A DNA stretch of 64,000 nt from the human T2T-CHM13v2.0 reference genome, Homo sapiens: NCBI RefSeq assembly GCF_009914755.1, contig NC_060939.1; one strand, written 5' to 3'. The translations under genes and the position numbers were made by a program. Shown one piece after another: positions 14,863 to 26,448 of the stretch; the first letter of the stretch is position 1; each line of letters starts with the position of its first letter. Below the pieces are notes generated by a model that ran no database searches, was not told where the DNA came from, and saw only the letters and a program-made list of their open reading frames with translations.

Positions 14863-16780
14863 TCACCAGCATATTCTCACTAAAATATATACTAACATGA
14901 GTTCTGCTGGACAAAAAAAAAAAAGAAAAAAAGAAGATTCCAAATGGATACATAGAAATTCAGAAAGGAATGAAATATGACAGAAAGAATAAAAATGTGG
15001 GTGAATATAAATGGTTATTGATTGTAAAAAACAGTAATTATTATGTCTTCTGGGAGCTAAAACATATATAGGACTAAAATGATTAATAACACAAAGGATG
15101 GTAATAAATAAAGTTAAAATATTTTACAGACCTAGCATTGTCCAAGAAATGTAAATATCTGAAAAGTTATATTACGTTGTAATAAGTCCAGGCAATATAT
15201 TGTATTCCTTAGCATATGCAGTAAAACACAGTAAATGAATGTATAATTAATAAACCAATAAAGGGGGGAACAGAATAATGAAGAATGCCTAATTAACTTA
15301 AATATTGTAAAGAAGAAAAAAAAAGGAGCATATAACAGGAGAGAGGCAGAAAATAGAGGATAAGTATAAACACAAATATATCAGTAAGTATATTAAAAGC
15401 AATTGCTCCAATTAAAACCCAAATATTTCCAAACTGGATTAAAAGTACAACCAGATGTTGCTTAAAAGGCATATCCCTTAAATACAAGGATAGAGAAAGG
15501 TTAGAAATAAAAAAGGTGGAAAAAGATATACTATGGAAATATTAAGCAAAAGAAAGTTGGTATAGTTATTTTATTATTGAAGTGGAACATGTAGCAAAAG
15601 AAAATCCACCAGGAAAAGAAAATAATTCTAAATTTGATTTCACATATCTTCAAATAACTAAAGCAAAATCTGACAGAACTTAAATGAGAAAACAAATCCA
15701 TACAACCACCTCTCTCAGTTACTGATAAAGAAAAAATTAGCAAAGATATAGAAGATCTAAAGAAAACTTTTAGTAAACTTTACTTAATTGGCATATATAT
15801 AACAGTGCACACATTGATAAGAGAATACATATTCTTTACAAGTGCATATAAATCAGTTTCCAAAATTGATTGTGTGCTAGGCCATAAAGCAAGCCTCAAT
15901 GAATTTAAAGAAACTAAAATCATATGAAGTACATTCTTTGACCACTATTTAATTAAGCTAGAAATCAAGAACTAAAAACAACAAATATCTTTGCTTCATA
16001 GCCTAAACTAAGACTACAACACCTAAGAACCACTAGAAGTCTTCTACTGCAGAAACTGATCCAGGAATCATTTTCACAGTTAAAAACTGTAAAATAAATT
16101 TTTTATTTATTTTAAAAAATGTGTATAATGTATTTGGAATAGTTTTTTCTAGATGAAATCATATATAAATATATTTTATGGGATTTTTACATAGGATTGT
16201 AATCAAGGTCTTGCATTTTAAAGCTGTCAATATACACACAAGATCACGAATGCATTTTTATTTATAAACTTTGTTATTGAAAAAGAGCCAGCTGGTCAAC
16301 TTACTTCACCTACTTGGTTGCCACAAAAACAAAGAAACCTTAAGCAAGTCTACTAACCTTCATAGACTAACTATACTGTCCAGTGCTAGCAGGTGCCTAG
16401 TGAGAAATACTCTGAATGTGCAGGATTGTTCTAAGTGGAGAGAGACCATCACCAATCTTCAGGTCACTCTGGTGGACAAGGCAATCTACTGAGGAAAGTA
16501 CTTCTGGCAACATGGTTTCTATGCACATTCTGAAAAATAAACCAAATGTAAAAGAAAATTAAAAAACCCCAAGGTAATGAATGTGAAAGGTTCTTCCCTC
16601 AAATCTTAAGATGATATGTATCCTTAATGTAGATGCTGAAAAAAAAGCATTAAAAAAAATCTTAAGATTATATTGTTGTGGTTCAAGGTGATCAATTGAA
16701 CTTAAGTATTTATGTCTCATCCCTTTCCAAATTGTCCTGAAGTGACAGTAGAAAGGTAAATCTAAAAATATATTCTTAGA

Positions 16781-17110
16781 GGCTGAGCGTGGTGAGTCAT
16801 GCCTGTAATCCCAGCACTTCTGGAGGCCGAGGCAGACGGATCGCCTGAGGCCTGGAGTTCAAGACCAGGCTGGCCAACGTGGAGAAACCCCGTCTCCACT
16901 AAAAATACAAAAATTAGCCAGGCGTGTTGGTGCGTGCCTATAATCCCAGCTACTCAGAAGGCTGAGGCACAACAGTTGCTTGAACATGGAAGGTGGATGT
17001 TGTAGTGAGCCAAGATCAGCCACTGCACTCCAGCCTGGGTGACAGAGTGAGATTCCATCTCAAGAAATATATGTATTTCTTACATATATTTATTTATAAT
17101 AATATATAAT
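16781..17110 (+). mobile_element. AluSx-like with a degenerate AT-rich tail
   Basis: Full dimer. TSD aaaatatattcttaga (16765-16780) / aaaacatatttttaga (17111-17126). Confidence 0.93.
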
Positions 17111-18255
17111 AAAACATATTTTTAGAAATTCTGCAAAGTTAGAGGCATGCTACCAACATACAAGAACAGTAAGAAATTTCTGGAAAATGTAAAGCAAGAT
17201 TGGGAAAGAAAGACTGACAAAAGAATTACAAGAGAATTTGCAAAACCCAAAAAGGAAAAGAAATGATGTTAAGCATAACAAATTCTTATACTCTTTTCCT
17301 GTTTGCCATTTTACATGGAGCTATGTGAAAATTAGTCTGTCCAGCCTTTCAGTTCATTAAACTGATCTTTAGTTTGTTCTTTCTACTTTTCAGCCCAACT
17401 ACTGATTTTTAAAAAATCACGAATCATTTCATTTTCATGGCTTTTTTTTTCAGATATATTATCTGCTTGAATGTCACTAAAAATATTAAGTAAAATAATT
17501 CTGAAATTTCATTTATTTCCCAACTTAATTTTGTTTTCCCAAAGGATATATTATTTTGTTTGCTAAGTTTGATGCCTCTCTCTCTGGTTCTTATATTGTT
17601 AGCTGGAATATATTTCAAGTGAAAATGTTCACCTGGCTCCAAGGGTGTAGATGATTACATGGGCTCTGGACACACTGTCAGCTGGCTTATATGGTTGGAT
17701 ATCTTTTGAGTGTATACACTTCCTTCTCTTTTGGGGCCCATAAGTCAGGGGAGACTCTACGCAATCAAAGGCTCCTTTGGGAATCTCCCACATCAGATTT
17801 AGATTTCTATATTTGTGGCTTTATCCCGTATGTAAGAAAGCCAACTGCTTTGCAAGGAGAGTGCTGGTGCAATTGTTTTACTACCCTATAATTAAATAGC
17901 TGGCTTCCCAGACACAGCCTATTCCTTTTAGTTCCCTGCAGTTGTTAATCTTTGGCTTATTTTCATGGTTCCTTTCGTTTTGCAGAATCTTTTCCTTCTT
18001 CGTGGAGTTGCAGGGTCAACTTTGTTGTAATTGGCCATCCACCTTATCCTATTTCTTTTATACGTTCCAAAAACTCACACTGCTGATGGCACTCTTCCCT
18101 GCTTTCTAAAGTTGCTATAGATTTATTATTATTTTATATTTCTTCTGTCATTTCAATGGAATTTTGGCAGGGAGAAAAAAATAAAAGCTCTCAAAATATT
18201 CAGTCAGTTTTCTGAACCCTGACCTTCTCTCTGAAGGGTCTCCCTAAATTCCATG

Positions 18256-18686
18256 GGTATGAGTGGAGTCAGCTGGTCATCAGAAATGGAAAAGTCTGAA
18301 GAAAACCCTCAAAAGGCCAATCTTAGGTTCTTCAATTGTGATGTTATCTACAGGAGCAACTGGGGAAGTCACAAATCTTGTGACCTCTGGTCCCATGATG
18401 ACCTCTGGGCAGTAAGGGATTATAGAAACTATGCCTACATTTTAGCAGAGTTCAGTTTCCTTCCTAATCTTGTGGTCTTTCAATAGGTTTACAAAGGCAG
18501 TTTAGCTTTGGAGAGAGCTATCATCACCCTTGCTTTAAGGTTAAACTATGAACTAAATTCCTCCCATGGTTAGCTTGGCCTATGCCAAGGACAGAGTGAA
18601 GACAGCCAGCTTGTAAGGCTAGAAGCAAGATGGAGTCAACTATGTCATATTTCTCTTACTGTCATAATTTTGCAAAGGTGGTTTCA
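18256..18686 (-). mobile_element. ERV1 LTR8A/LTR8B-like LTR, partial
   Basis: Ends 'aagatggagtcaactatgtca...gtcataattttgcaaaggtggtttca', the reverse complement of the LTR8-family 5' terminus. Confidence 0.8.
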
Positions 18687-18689
18687 AAA

Positions 18690-18995
18690 GAGGCCAGGCA
18701 CAATAGAATACATAGGAGTAAATACCAAATATTTTCATCTAGATATAGTTCAAAAACAAGCAAAACTAATAATCTATGTATTAATTGTGAGAACTGTGGT
18801 TACCTTCTGGTAAGAGGGGAGCAATAGTGACTGTGAAGGGCACAAAGAAGGGAGAACTTCTGTGGTTTTGATAATGTTTATTTCTTGACTCTGGTAATAG
18901 TCACACAGGTGTGATCACTTTGTAAACATTCATTAAGCTGTATTCTTGATTTGTGCTCTTTTCTCTGTGGGAATACTTCAATAAGAAGGTAAGAA
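18690..18995 (+). mobile_element. L1ME 3' end fragment
   Basis: 'agttcaaaaacaagcaaaactaat...gtggttacctt...cactttgtaaacattcattaagctgta...tacttcaata'. Confidence 0.7.
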
Positions 18996-19108
18996 AAAGG
19001 GCAGTTTTATGGATTTTTCTAAAAGAGGTCCTCCTAATATTATTTCATTCATCTAGAGGTGACTCTGAATAGACATGTTTCTTCCCACTTCTCAATTTGT
19101 ATTGCCAC

Positions 19109-19826
19109 TGTAATTTCATGATGGGTTCTTTCTAACCACTTCACAGACAAAATTAATTCACTGAGATTCTGGCATTGTAGTAGAGAAAGAGTTTAACTGA
19201 CGGGAACCTCGCCCACACAGGAGAACTGAAGTTATCACTCAAATATGTCTCTCCAAAGACTCAGGGGTTAGGGTTTTTATGGAGAATTTAGTGGTCAGGG
19301 GGCCAGGAAATGGGTGTTGCTGATTGGCTGGGGAAGAAATCACAAGGGTGTAGAAAATAGCCCTCATGCACTGAGTCTACCTCCGGTGGGGCTGCAGGAC
19401 CAGCTGAGTCATAAGTCATGGGTCCACGTGGGCTCAGACTGAAAAATATCTTAAAAACCAATCTTAGCTTCTACATAGTGATGTTATTTATAGGAATAAT
19501 TGGAAAAGTCACAAATCTTGTGACCTCTGGCCACATGATATCTTGAGCAGTAAGGGATTATAGACACTATCCCTACATTTTAGCCACACTGAAGCCCTTC
19601 CCATAATCCTATTCTTACAAAGGAGGTTTTTGGACTCTAAGCAAGGGGAGGGTTAGATTAGGGAGGGACTATTGTTATAATTGCTTTAAACTATAAACTA
19701 AATTCCTCCCAAGGTTAGCTTGGCCTTCGCCTAGGAATGACCAAGGATGGCTTGGAGGTTAGAAGCAAAATGGAGTCAACTATGTCAGATTTCTTTTACT
19801 ATCATAATTTTGCAAAGGCAGTTTCA
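19109..19826 (-). mobile_element. ERV1 LTR8A/LTR8B-like solo LTR, complete
   Basis: TG...CA termini, 4-bp TSD ccac/cgac, and homology to the 18256-18686 copy. Confidence 0.85.
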
Positions 19827-21304
19827 CGACCATTTTCTAATAATTTTTGGTCATGTCATATCTATATTATTTAAAATTTCCTTTCCTTGTCTTTTCTGTA
19901 TCACTACATTTCTCTTTTTTCTTTGGAGTTGGAGAGTATAACCCTGACAGCATCTAACAAGTTTTGGGTGGGAGCTTTAATCTGAATAATCATATATTTT
20001 TAAAACTAGGGACAATTTTCTTCTATTTTCAAAAATTATTTTTCTACCACCACCTATTTATTCCTATTTATTTGAAAGTGTGACCTCCTTAAATTCTCCT
20101 CTATATCTCTTAATTTTTCTCCCATATTTTCCAAACTGTTCTGTATTGTGGGACATTTCCTGGATTGGTAGGAAACTACTTGATCATCAGCTTGTTCTTA
20201 TATTCTGAACTCTATTATATGCCTCTGAACATCATGTTTATCTCAGGTTATACCTACTTGATTGAAGGAATAAAAAAAAAGGAAAACTCTCTTCAGTTTT
20301 CAGAAGGAATTTAACAACGCCTTTGAACAGAATTTTTAACATTTTCATTCAAATATTATGTTACTTAAACAACAAATAAAAGAATAAAAGAAAAAATGAA
20401 GACGATGCTCATGAATGACTTTGAGATGGATTTTAATCCTTCTCAAATCTTATATAGTGGAGACATAAAGTAATTAAATTGGATTTTTAAAAACTTAAGG
20501 TCAAATTCTGAACAGGGCATTAAAAAATCTATTTAAGGATGATGTTATTAAGGTATAAGAGGCTTTAGACATGTCACTTTTCTATGAATGTCTTCAAGTC
20601 AGCTTTCTTATAGAGAATTTTGGTTTTATGTCTGGCTTTACACATTTTTGGTTTTGTTTCAATGAACATATTTATGGGACTACAGCCAAGAGAGTGTGCC
20701 ATTTGGGGAAGGAGGGGAAAACATTTTGTTTCCTTTTTTTTTCTTAAGGTATTTTTATTTACAGAGTGAACACAGGATGTCATCAAACTTCAAAATCTGA
20801 ACAGTAGAGGTGACTTTGTCAACATCACTTTGCTCCCAAAGTCAGTAGCTTTCCAAAACAGTGCAGTTGCCAGCCGACCTCTTTAGTTACTGCCACATTT
20901 AGACATTTTAATAAAAGCCTATTGTTCACTTTATGCTGGATCATTTCATCTTTATGTATTGTTTGCCCAAGGAGAATTCATTTAAAAGTAAGGATTAATG
21001 TTCTAAAGTTATTCTGCCATCAAATTGCTTTAACAGTACAGGGGAATTCTTTTCACAATTACTAATAAAATAACTAAATGCAGCACAAGAATTCATCCAA
21101 TACATATTTGCTAAGCATCAGTACTGAGGAACCATTGCTATCAGAATTCTGCCGGAAATAATTTTATAACATATGACAAATTTCTACACTTAAATTTCTC
21201 ATTTAAAATTTCATAGCTAAATAGCTTGAGAAAAGTACCTAATATTCTTATATAATCCTTCAATAATAGAGTTATAATATAGGTATTTTGCTGACCTATA
21301 GAGA

Positions 21305-21530
21305 AGCCATATTGCAAAGAGGGTAAAGCAGAGGCATCAAAGCCAGTGTGCTTGAGCGTATCCCACCACTGGCTTGCTATGTAAATTTGACCTTGTTAAC
21401 TTCTAGATGCCTCAGCTTCATCATCTGCAAAATGGGGATAATAATAGTACATAATTCAGGGTTGTTGTGAGGATAAATGAGTTAATACAGTGCCCAGCAT
21501 ATGGTAGACATCAAATAAAATTTAGCTAAT
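21305..21530 (+). mobile_element. MIR SINE
   Basis: Core 'gcctcagcttcatcatctgcaaaatggggataataatagtac...gggttgttgtgaggataaatgagttaata'. Confidence 0.85.
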
Positions 21531-22509
21531 TCCTCACCCTTTATATTAGGGGACAATAGAGCAATAGAGAGTGTCTGAAGATGCTATATTAGTAGAGATA
21601 TAAGTGTATTGCATAAAGTTATAAGGCATCTTTCAAAAGAATTACAAATAGAAATTGCTAACTGGAGAAGCAGGAGGAATGGGAGGGAAAGATAAACTCT
21701 ATTTTTCTTAAACTCAACAAAAATAAGATGAAGAATATAATACAGATAAGTGCATCAGTTACTTAGATACAAAACCACTCCTTCCTTCCACTGTGTCTTA
21801 TAACATTGTTACTTAAGTTGTTCTCAGTCCTTTCTAGCAGTTCGCTTACGACTTCTAACATTTCCTCTCCCCTATCTTCGAAAGACAGCTCTTATATTTG
21901 GAGCCTGCACTCAGGACCAGGACATAAAAGATTGTCACTGAAAGTGAGAACATACATTGCAGATAGCAGTAATCAGGAATCAAGATGCTTATCCATAAAT
22001 ATAAACCGATAGTCAATAATTACCAAAATTGAAGGAAAACCAAAACAAGCACAAAAAAGAGGCATGAGGCATTGAACTCAACAAACAAAAGAATTTTACC
22101 TTTTAGGAAACTGAATTAATATGGGAAACAAAATAAAATTATTATAATTAGTATCAGATAAATTAGGGAAGATGTGTCTGTCTTAACAAAACTGGCTGCT
22201 ATGAAAGTGAAACAATTATAAGTTTAAATAAAACAGAATCTTAGTACTTGGGATAATAGCAGAAGGAACAGATATAATCATCAGCTTATTGAGCTGGAAG
22301 ATTGAGCTGAAGAATTTTTACATAGCCCAGTGCAAAAAATCACAATAAGATGGAAAAAGTACAGGAGTTTGTTACATTTGGTGCCCTTGATTTCTCTTTT
22401 TTGGATTTGAAGGTTCCTTAGCATCACATGTGATTAAGTATTTACTGTTCAGAGTTTGAAGTTTGACATTTTCCCCTAATTACTTTATATGTTTAATACA
22501 TTTCTAATC

Positions 22510-23480
22510 TGAATTCCAGCTGGTTTTTTTTTATTCAAATTGACAAACTGAATCTAAAATATTCATGGAAATGCAAAGGGTTAAAAAATACCAAGATAAT
22601 TCTAATGAACAAAGCTGGAGAACTTATTCTATTAAATATCAAGACTTACTTAAAAGCTACTATAATTCAGACACTGTGTTACTAGAACAAAAATAGACAA
22701 TTAGACCAAGGGAACAGATAAAAGAGTTTGGAGAAAGGGACACAGTTGTATGAATACTTAATTTATGAGAAAGGTAACACTGCAGAACCCGGGAGAAAGA
22801 ATTATCCTTTACATCCACAGTGCTGATTCCATTGTATGTACATGCGGAAAACATAAAAGCTAAACCTAACCTCACTCCATCCATAAAAATCAGCTGGGGG
22901 TGGAGGAGGGAGGATAGTGTAGATCTAAATCTGGAAGGTAAACAATAAACTTTCTAGAAGATATCATAACATTTCTTCATGGCCTTGAACTTGTAAATGT
23001 TTTCTTAAAGAGGACATTGAAAACACTAACCATAAGGGAAAAATAATAAACTGTACTGCACTAAATTGACAAATTCTGCTCATAAAATATACCACTAAAA
23101 CAGTGAAAAGTCAAACAACAGAATGGGAAAAGATATCTCCAACAAAAATATTTGACAAAGTTCTCATATCTAGAATATATAAAGAAATAATGTACATCAA
23201 TAAAAAGGATAGATAACACAATAGAAAAATAGACAAGACACAAAACGGCAGATAAATATACAGAAAGAAGTTCAATCTCAGTAGTAATTAGGGAAATGCA
23301 AACTAATACCAACACAAGATACCACAATATACCAATCAGAATAGAAAAAATTTTAAAAACCCGACAGTACCAACTGTTGACAAAGATATGGAACAAAAAC
23401 AATACATTGCTGATGGAAGTAGAAATTGGCACTATGAGTTTAGAAAATTGTCAGTGTTTTCTGAACTTGAACATGTGTAA
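22510..23480 (+). mobile_element. Old L1 (L1MD/L1ME) ORF2 3' fragment
   Basis: 'aattgacaaactgaatctaaaatattcatggaaatgcaaagg', 'ttagggaaatgcaaact...agataccac'. Confidence 0.75.
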
Positions 23481-23762
23481 ACTTACTGTCTACCTTTACT
23501 TTTTTATTATATTCTCTCCTCTAACATTGAACTTTTTCATATCCACACATAAAAACAGCATAAACATATTATCATTTTTCTTGAAAACTGTCAAAACTGA
23601 TTTCTATTTGTCAAATACAAAATATAACCACCTATTAAAGCTCAATTGTCTTTGCAAATTTTGTATATGGAAATACTAAGTTACATACATAATTAATAAA
23701 TCAGTTTTTACTTTTAGTTTCTTTTAAAATTAGCCAAATAATCTTTTAAAATTTAAAAAGAA

Positions 23763-24056
23763 TTTTTTTTTTAAGAGACAGGGTCTTTCTGTTGCCTGGG
23801 CTGGGTGCAGTGGTGCAAATGTGATTTACTGCAGCCTCAACCTCCTAGGTTCAAGCGATCCTCCTACCTCAGCATCCTGAGTAGTAGGGACTACAGACAT
23901 GCACCACCGTGCCCAGCTAATTTTTAAAAAAATTTTTTGTAGAGATAGGGTCTTGCTATATTGCCCAGGCTGGTCTCAAACTCCTGGGTTCAAGCAACCC
24001 TCCCACCTCAGCTGCCCAAAGTTCTGTGATTACAGGCATGAGCCACCATGCCTGGC
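23763..24056 (-). mobile_element. AluJ
   Basis: Antisense dimer with J diagnostics 'ctgcagcctcaacctcc' and 'caagcgatcctcc'. Confidence 0.9.
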
Positions 24057-24169
24057 ATGTAAGTAGTCTTATAAGTGACAAAGTACTTGTGTTTTATGTA
24101 GTATTCAATAAATACTTACTAAGTTCCTTCAGGATGTCAGAATTTTTACCTCCCCATCCCTACCTCACT

Positions 24170-24421
24170 AAGAACCTGCATTCTAGCTGAGGATCACAGA
24201 CAGTAAGAAAAACTAAAGAAGTAAAATATATCCCATGTTAGACAGGGATGAGTGTTAAACAGACATTTAAGGCAAGGAACCAGCAGAGGAAATATTAGAG
24301 TGGGAGTGTGGCATTCATAGAGTAGCCAGGAAAGACCTTGCTGAGAAGGTGACATGTAAGAGGCATGAAGAAGTGAGCCATGCTAGCATTTGGGAGAAGA
24401 ACTACAAGTGCAAAGGCCCTA
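24170..24421 (-). mobile_element. L2 LINE fragment
   Basis: 'ccaggaaagaccttgctgagaaggtgacat...agtgagccatgc...caagtgcaaaggccct'. Confidence 0.7.
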
Positions 24422-24657
24422 TAAAATGTCCAAATTTCCATATAAGGAAGCTGCCTTAATCATTCAAATCTTGTATTCTGCAATCTACACTGGTTACATT
24501 ATGTGTAATGTTGCAAGCTTTTGCAGCATATTAAACATTTTAGTTCTTGCTTAGCAGTTGTAGTCTAGTTTGTAAATGCTTCCTAAAATCGACTTTCTGA
24601 AATCAAATATAATTTTTCTGCTCCAAAAGTACTGACTAAAATTTCTAGAAAAGGTTC

Positions 24658-24947
24658 CTTTTTTTTTTTTTTTTTTTTGAGAGGGAGTCTCATGTCTCAT
24701 TCTGTCCCCCAGGCTGGAGTGCAGTGACGCAATCTTGGCTCACTGCAACCTCCGCCTCCTGGGTTCACACCATTCTCCTGCCTCAGCCTCCTGAGTAGTT
24801 GGGACCACAGGTGCCTGCTGCCATGCCTGGCTAATTTTTTGTATTTTTAGTAGAGACGGGGTTTCACCATGTTAGCCAGGATGGTCTCTATCTGCTGACC
24901 TCGTGATCTGCCCACCTCGGCCTCCCCAAGTGCCACCGTGCCTGGCC
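24658..24947 (-). mobile_element. AluY/AluSc8-like with a 19-bp internal deletion
   Basis: Diagnostics 'ttcacaccattctcc', 'ttagccaggatggtctc' and 'gacctcgtgatc'. Perfect 14-bp TSD tctagaaaaggttc (24644-24657 / 24948-24961). Confidence 0.95.
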
Positions 24948-24974
24948 TCTAGAAAAGGTTCTTTAAACAATAGC

Positions 24975-25105
24975 AAGTGAGCGAAGTGAAAGTCAGGAGA
25001 CGTGTTCCAGTCCCATCTTTGCTGCTCACTTGTTGTGAGACTTTGGTCTCTAACTTCTCTAGGCCTTGGTTTCCTCAGCTAGGAAATAAGACAGTTGGGT
25101 TGATT
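24975..25105 (+). mobile_element. MIR fragment
   Basis: 'agtcaggagacgtgttccagtccc...tgtgagactttgg...taacttctctaggccttggtttcctca'. Confidence 0.65.
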
Positions 25106-25699
25106 CAGAGGTTTTAAGCCCATGCTTTGTTAGATAAATAGAGTATTTTGAGTAACTTTAGAGTGAGCAGCCCCTCTCTAGTTTGACTCTCTACCTCACC
25201 ATATCAAAACTTACCAACTTATACCATGACCACTTGACTCTTTAGTTATTTGCTTAACTCCTGATCAAATACATTGCAAACCCTCCAGCTATAACAGCAT
25301 AATGCTATGACTGTACCTTGTTTATTTAAACTCCTCTACAACGTAAGAGCTTCTCTGTTTAGTTCACTCATCTTCACTGCAACATGAACCATCAAAACTT
25401 CCATGTACTTGGACGAAGTCAGGCAAACCTATATATATATATAAATTAATGAGCTCCATATTTCCTCATTGTGAAAAGGTAGAGTCTATCATAGCCTCTA
25501 CCACTATTTTCAGGTCCTCTGTGTCATCATACTTTCTCTTGCTCCTAGGCTTTAAAATGCTATTAATTATCCCTGACAGGCCCCGTTTTTCTCCTTCTTT
25601 CTGCCATCTTAACCTGGTAACCCCTTTGACACCTGGAATGCAAAAATCTGAGTTAGGTGTATTTCTTTCTCTTTCCCTTTTTGTCTCTCTCTCTCTCTC

Positions 25700-25848
25700 C
25701 TCTACTTTGTATAATTACATGTATTTTCCCTGCTAGACTCTAAACGTTGTGAGTACAGAAAATGTCTATTTTATTCTCTGTAATAAATCCAGCAACTAGC
25801 ATAGTACTTGACACAGAGTAGGTGCTTTAAAAGTATTGCTAAATAATG
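25700..25848 (+). mobile_element. L2 3' end
   Basis: 'ctagactctaaac...ccagcaactagcatagtacttgacacagagtaggtgct'. Confidence 0.7.
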
Positions 25849-26082
25849 TTATGGAAAGACTGGATATGGCTGACCAAAAGAAGAAAAGGTGATAAGAGAA
25901 CAAGGTACTACGAGGAAATAAAGACTCAAATTATTTATCCAAAAAGATAATGTGAAATTATGTAAAACTAAAGAAGAATCCTTGTCACAATTCTTAATAT
26001 TGAGAAGTTTTAAATGAATTGTTCCAAATAGGTAGGAAAATAATGTCATTAGTCCAAACAAAGACACTTCCTTATGGGTCAG

Positions 26083-26448
26083 TGTATTAGTCCATTCATG
26101 CTGCTGATAAGTTGCCAGAGACTGGGCAGTTTACAAAAGAAAGAGGTTTAATTGGACTTACAGTTCCACGTGGCTGGGGAAGCCTCACAATCATGGTGGA
26201 AGGCAAGGAGGAGCAACTCCCATCTTACATGGATGGCAGCAGGCAGAGAGAGAATGAGGAAGATGCAAAAGCGGAAACCCCTGATAAAATCATCAGATGT
26301 CATAAGACTTATTCACTACTGCAAGAACAGTACGCGGGAAACTGCCCCCATGATTCAATTATCTCCCACTGGGTCCCTCCCACATGGGAATTATGGAAGT
26401 ACAATTCAAGATGAGATTTGGGTGGAGACACAGAACCAAACCATATCA
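26083..26448 (-). mobile_element. THE1 (THE1B-like) MaLR solo LTR
   Basis: 'tgtattagtcc...ccaaaccatatca' termini and a perfect 5-bp TSD gtcag (26078-26082 / 26449-26453). Confidence 0.95.

Noticed and set aside
18256-19826. Provirus bounded by two LTRs
   Set aside because: The spacer is L1ME, no internal ERV sequence is present, and the second LTR has its own TSD.
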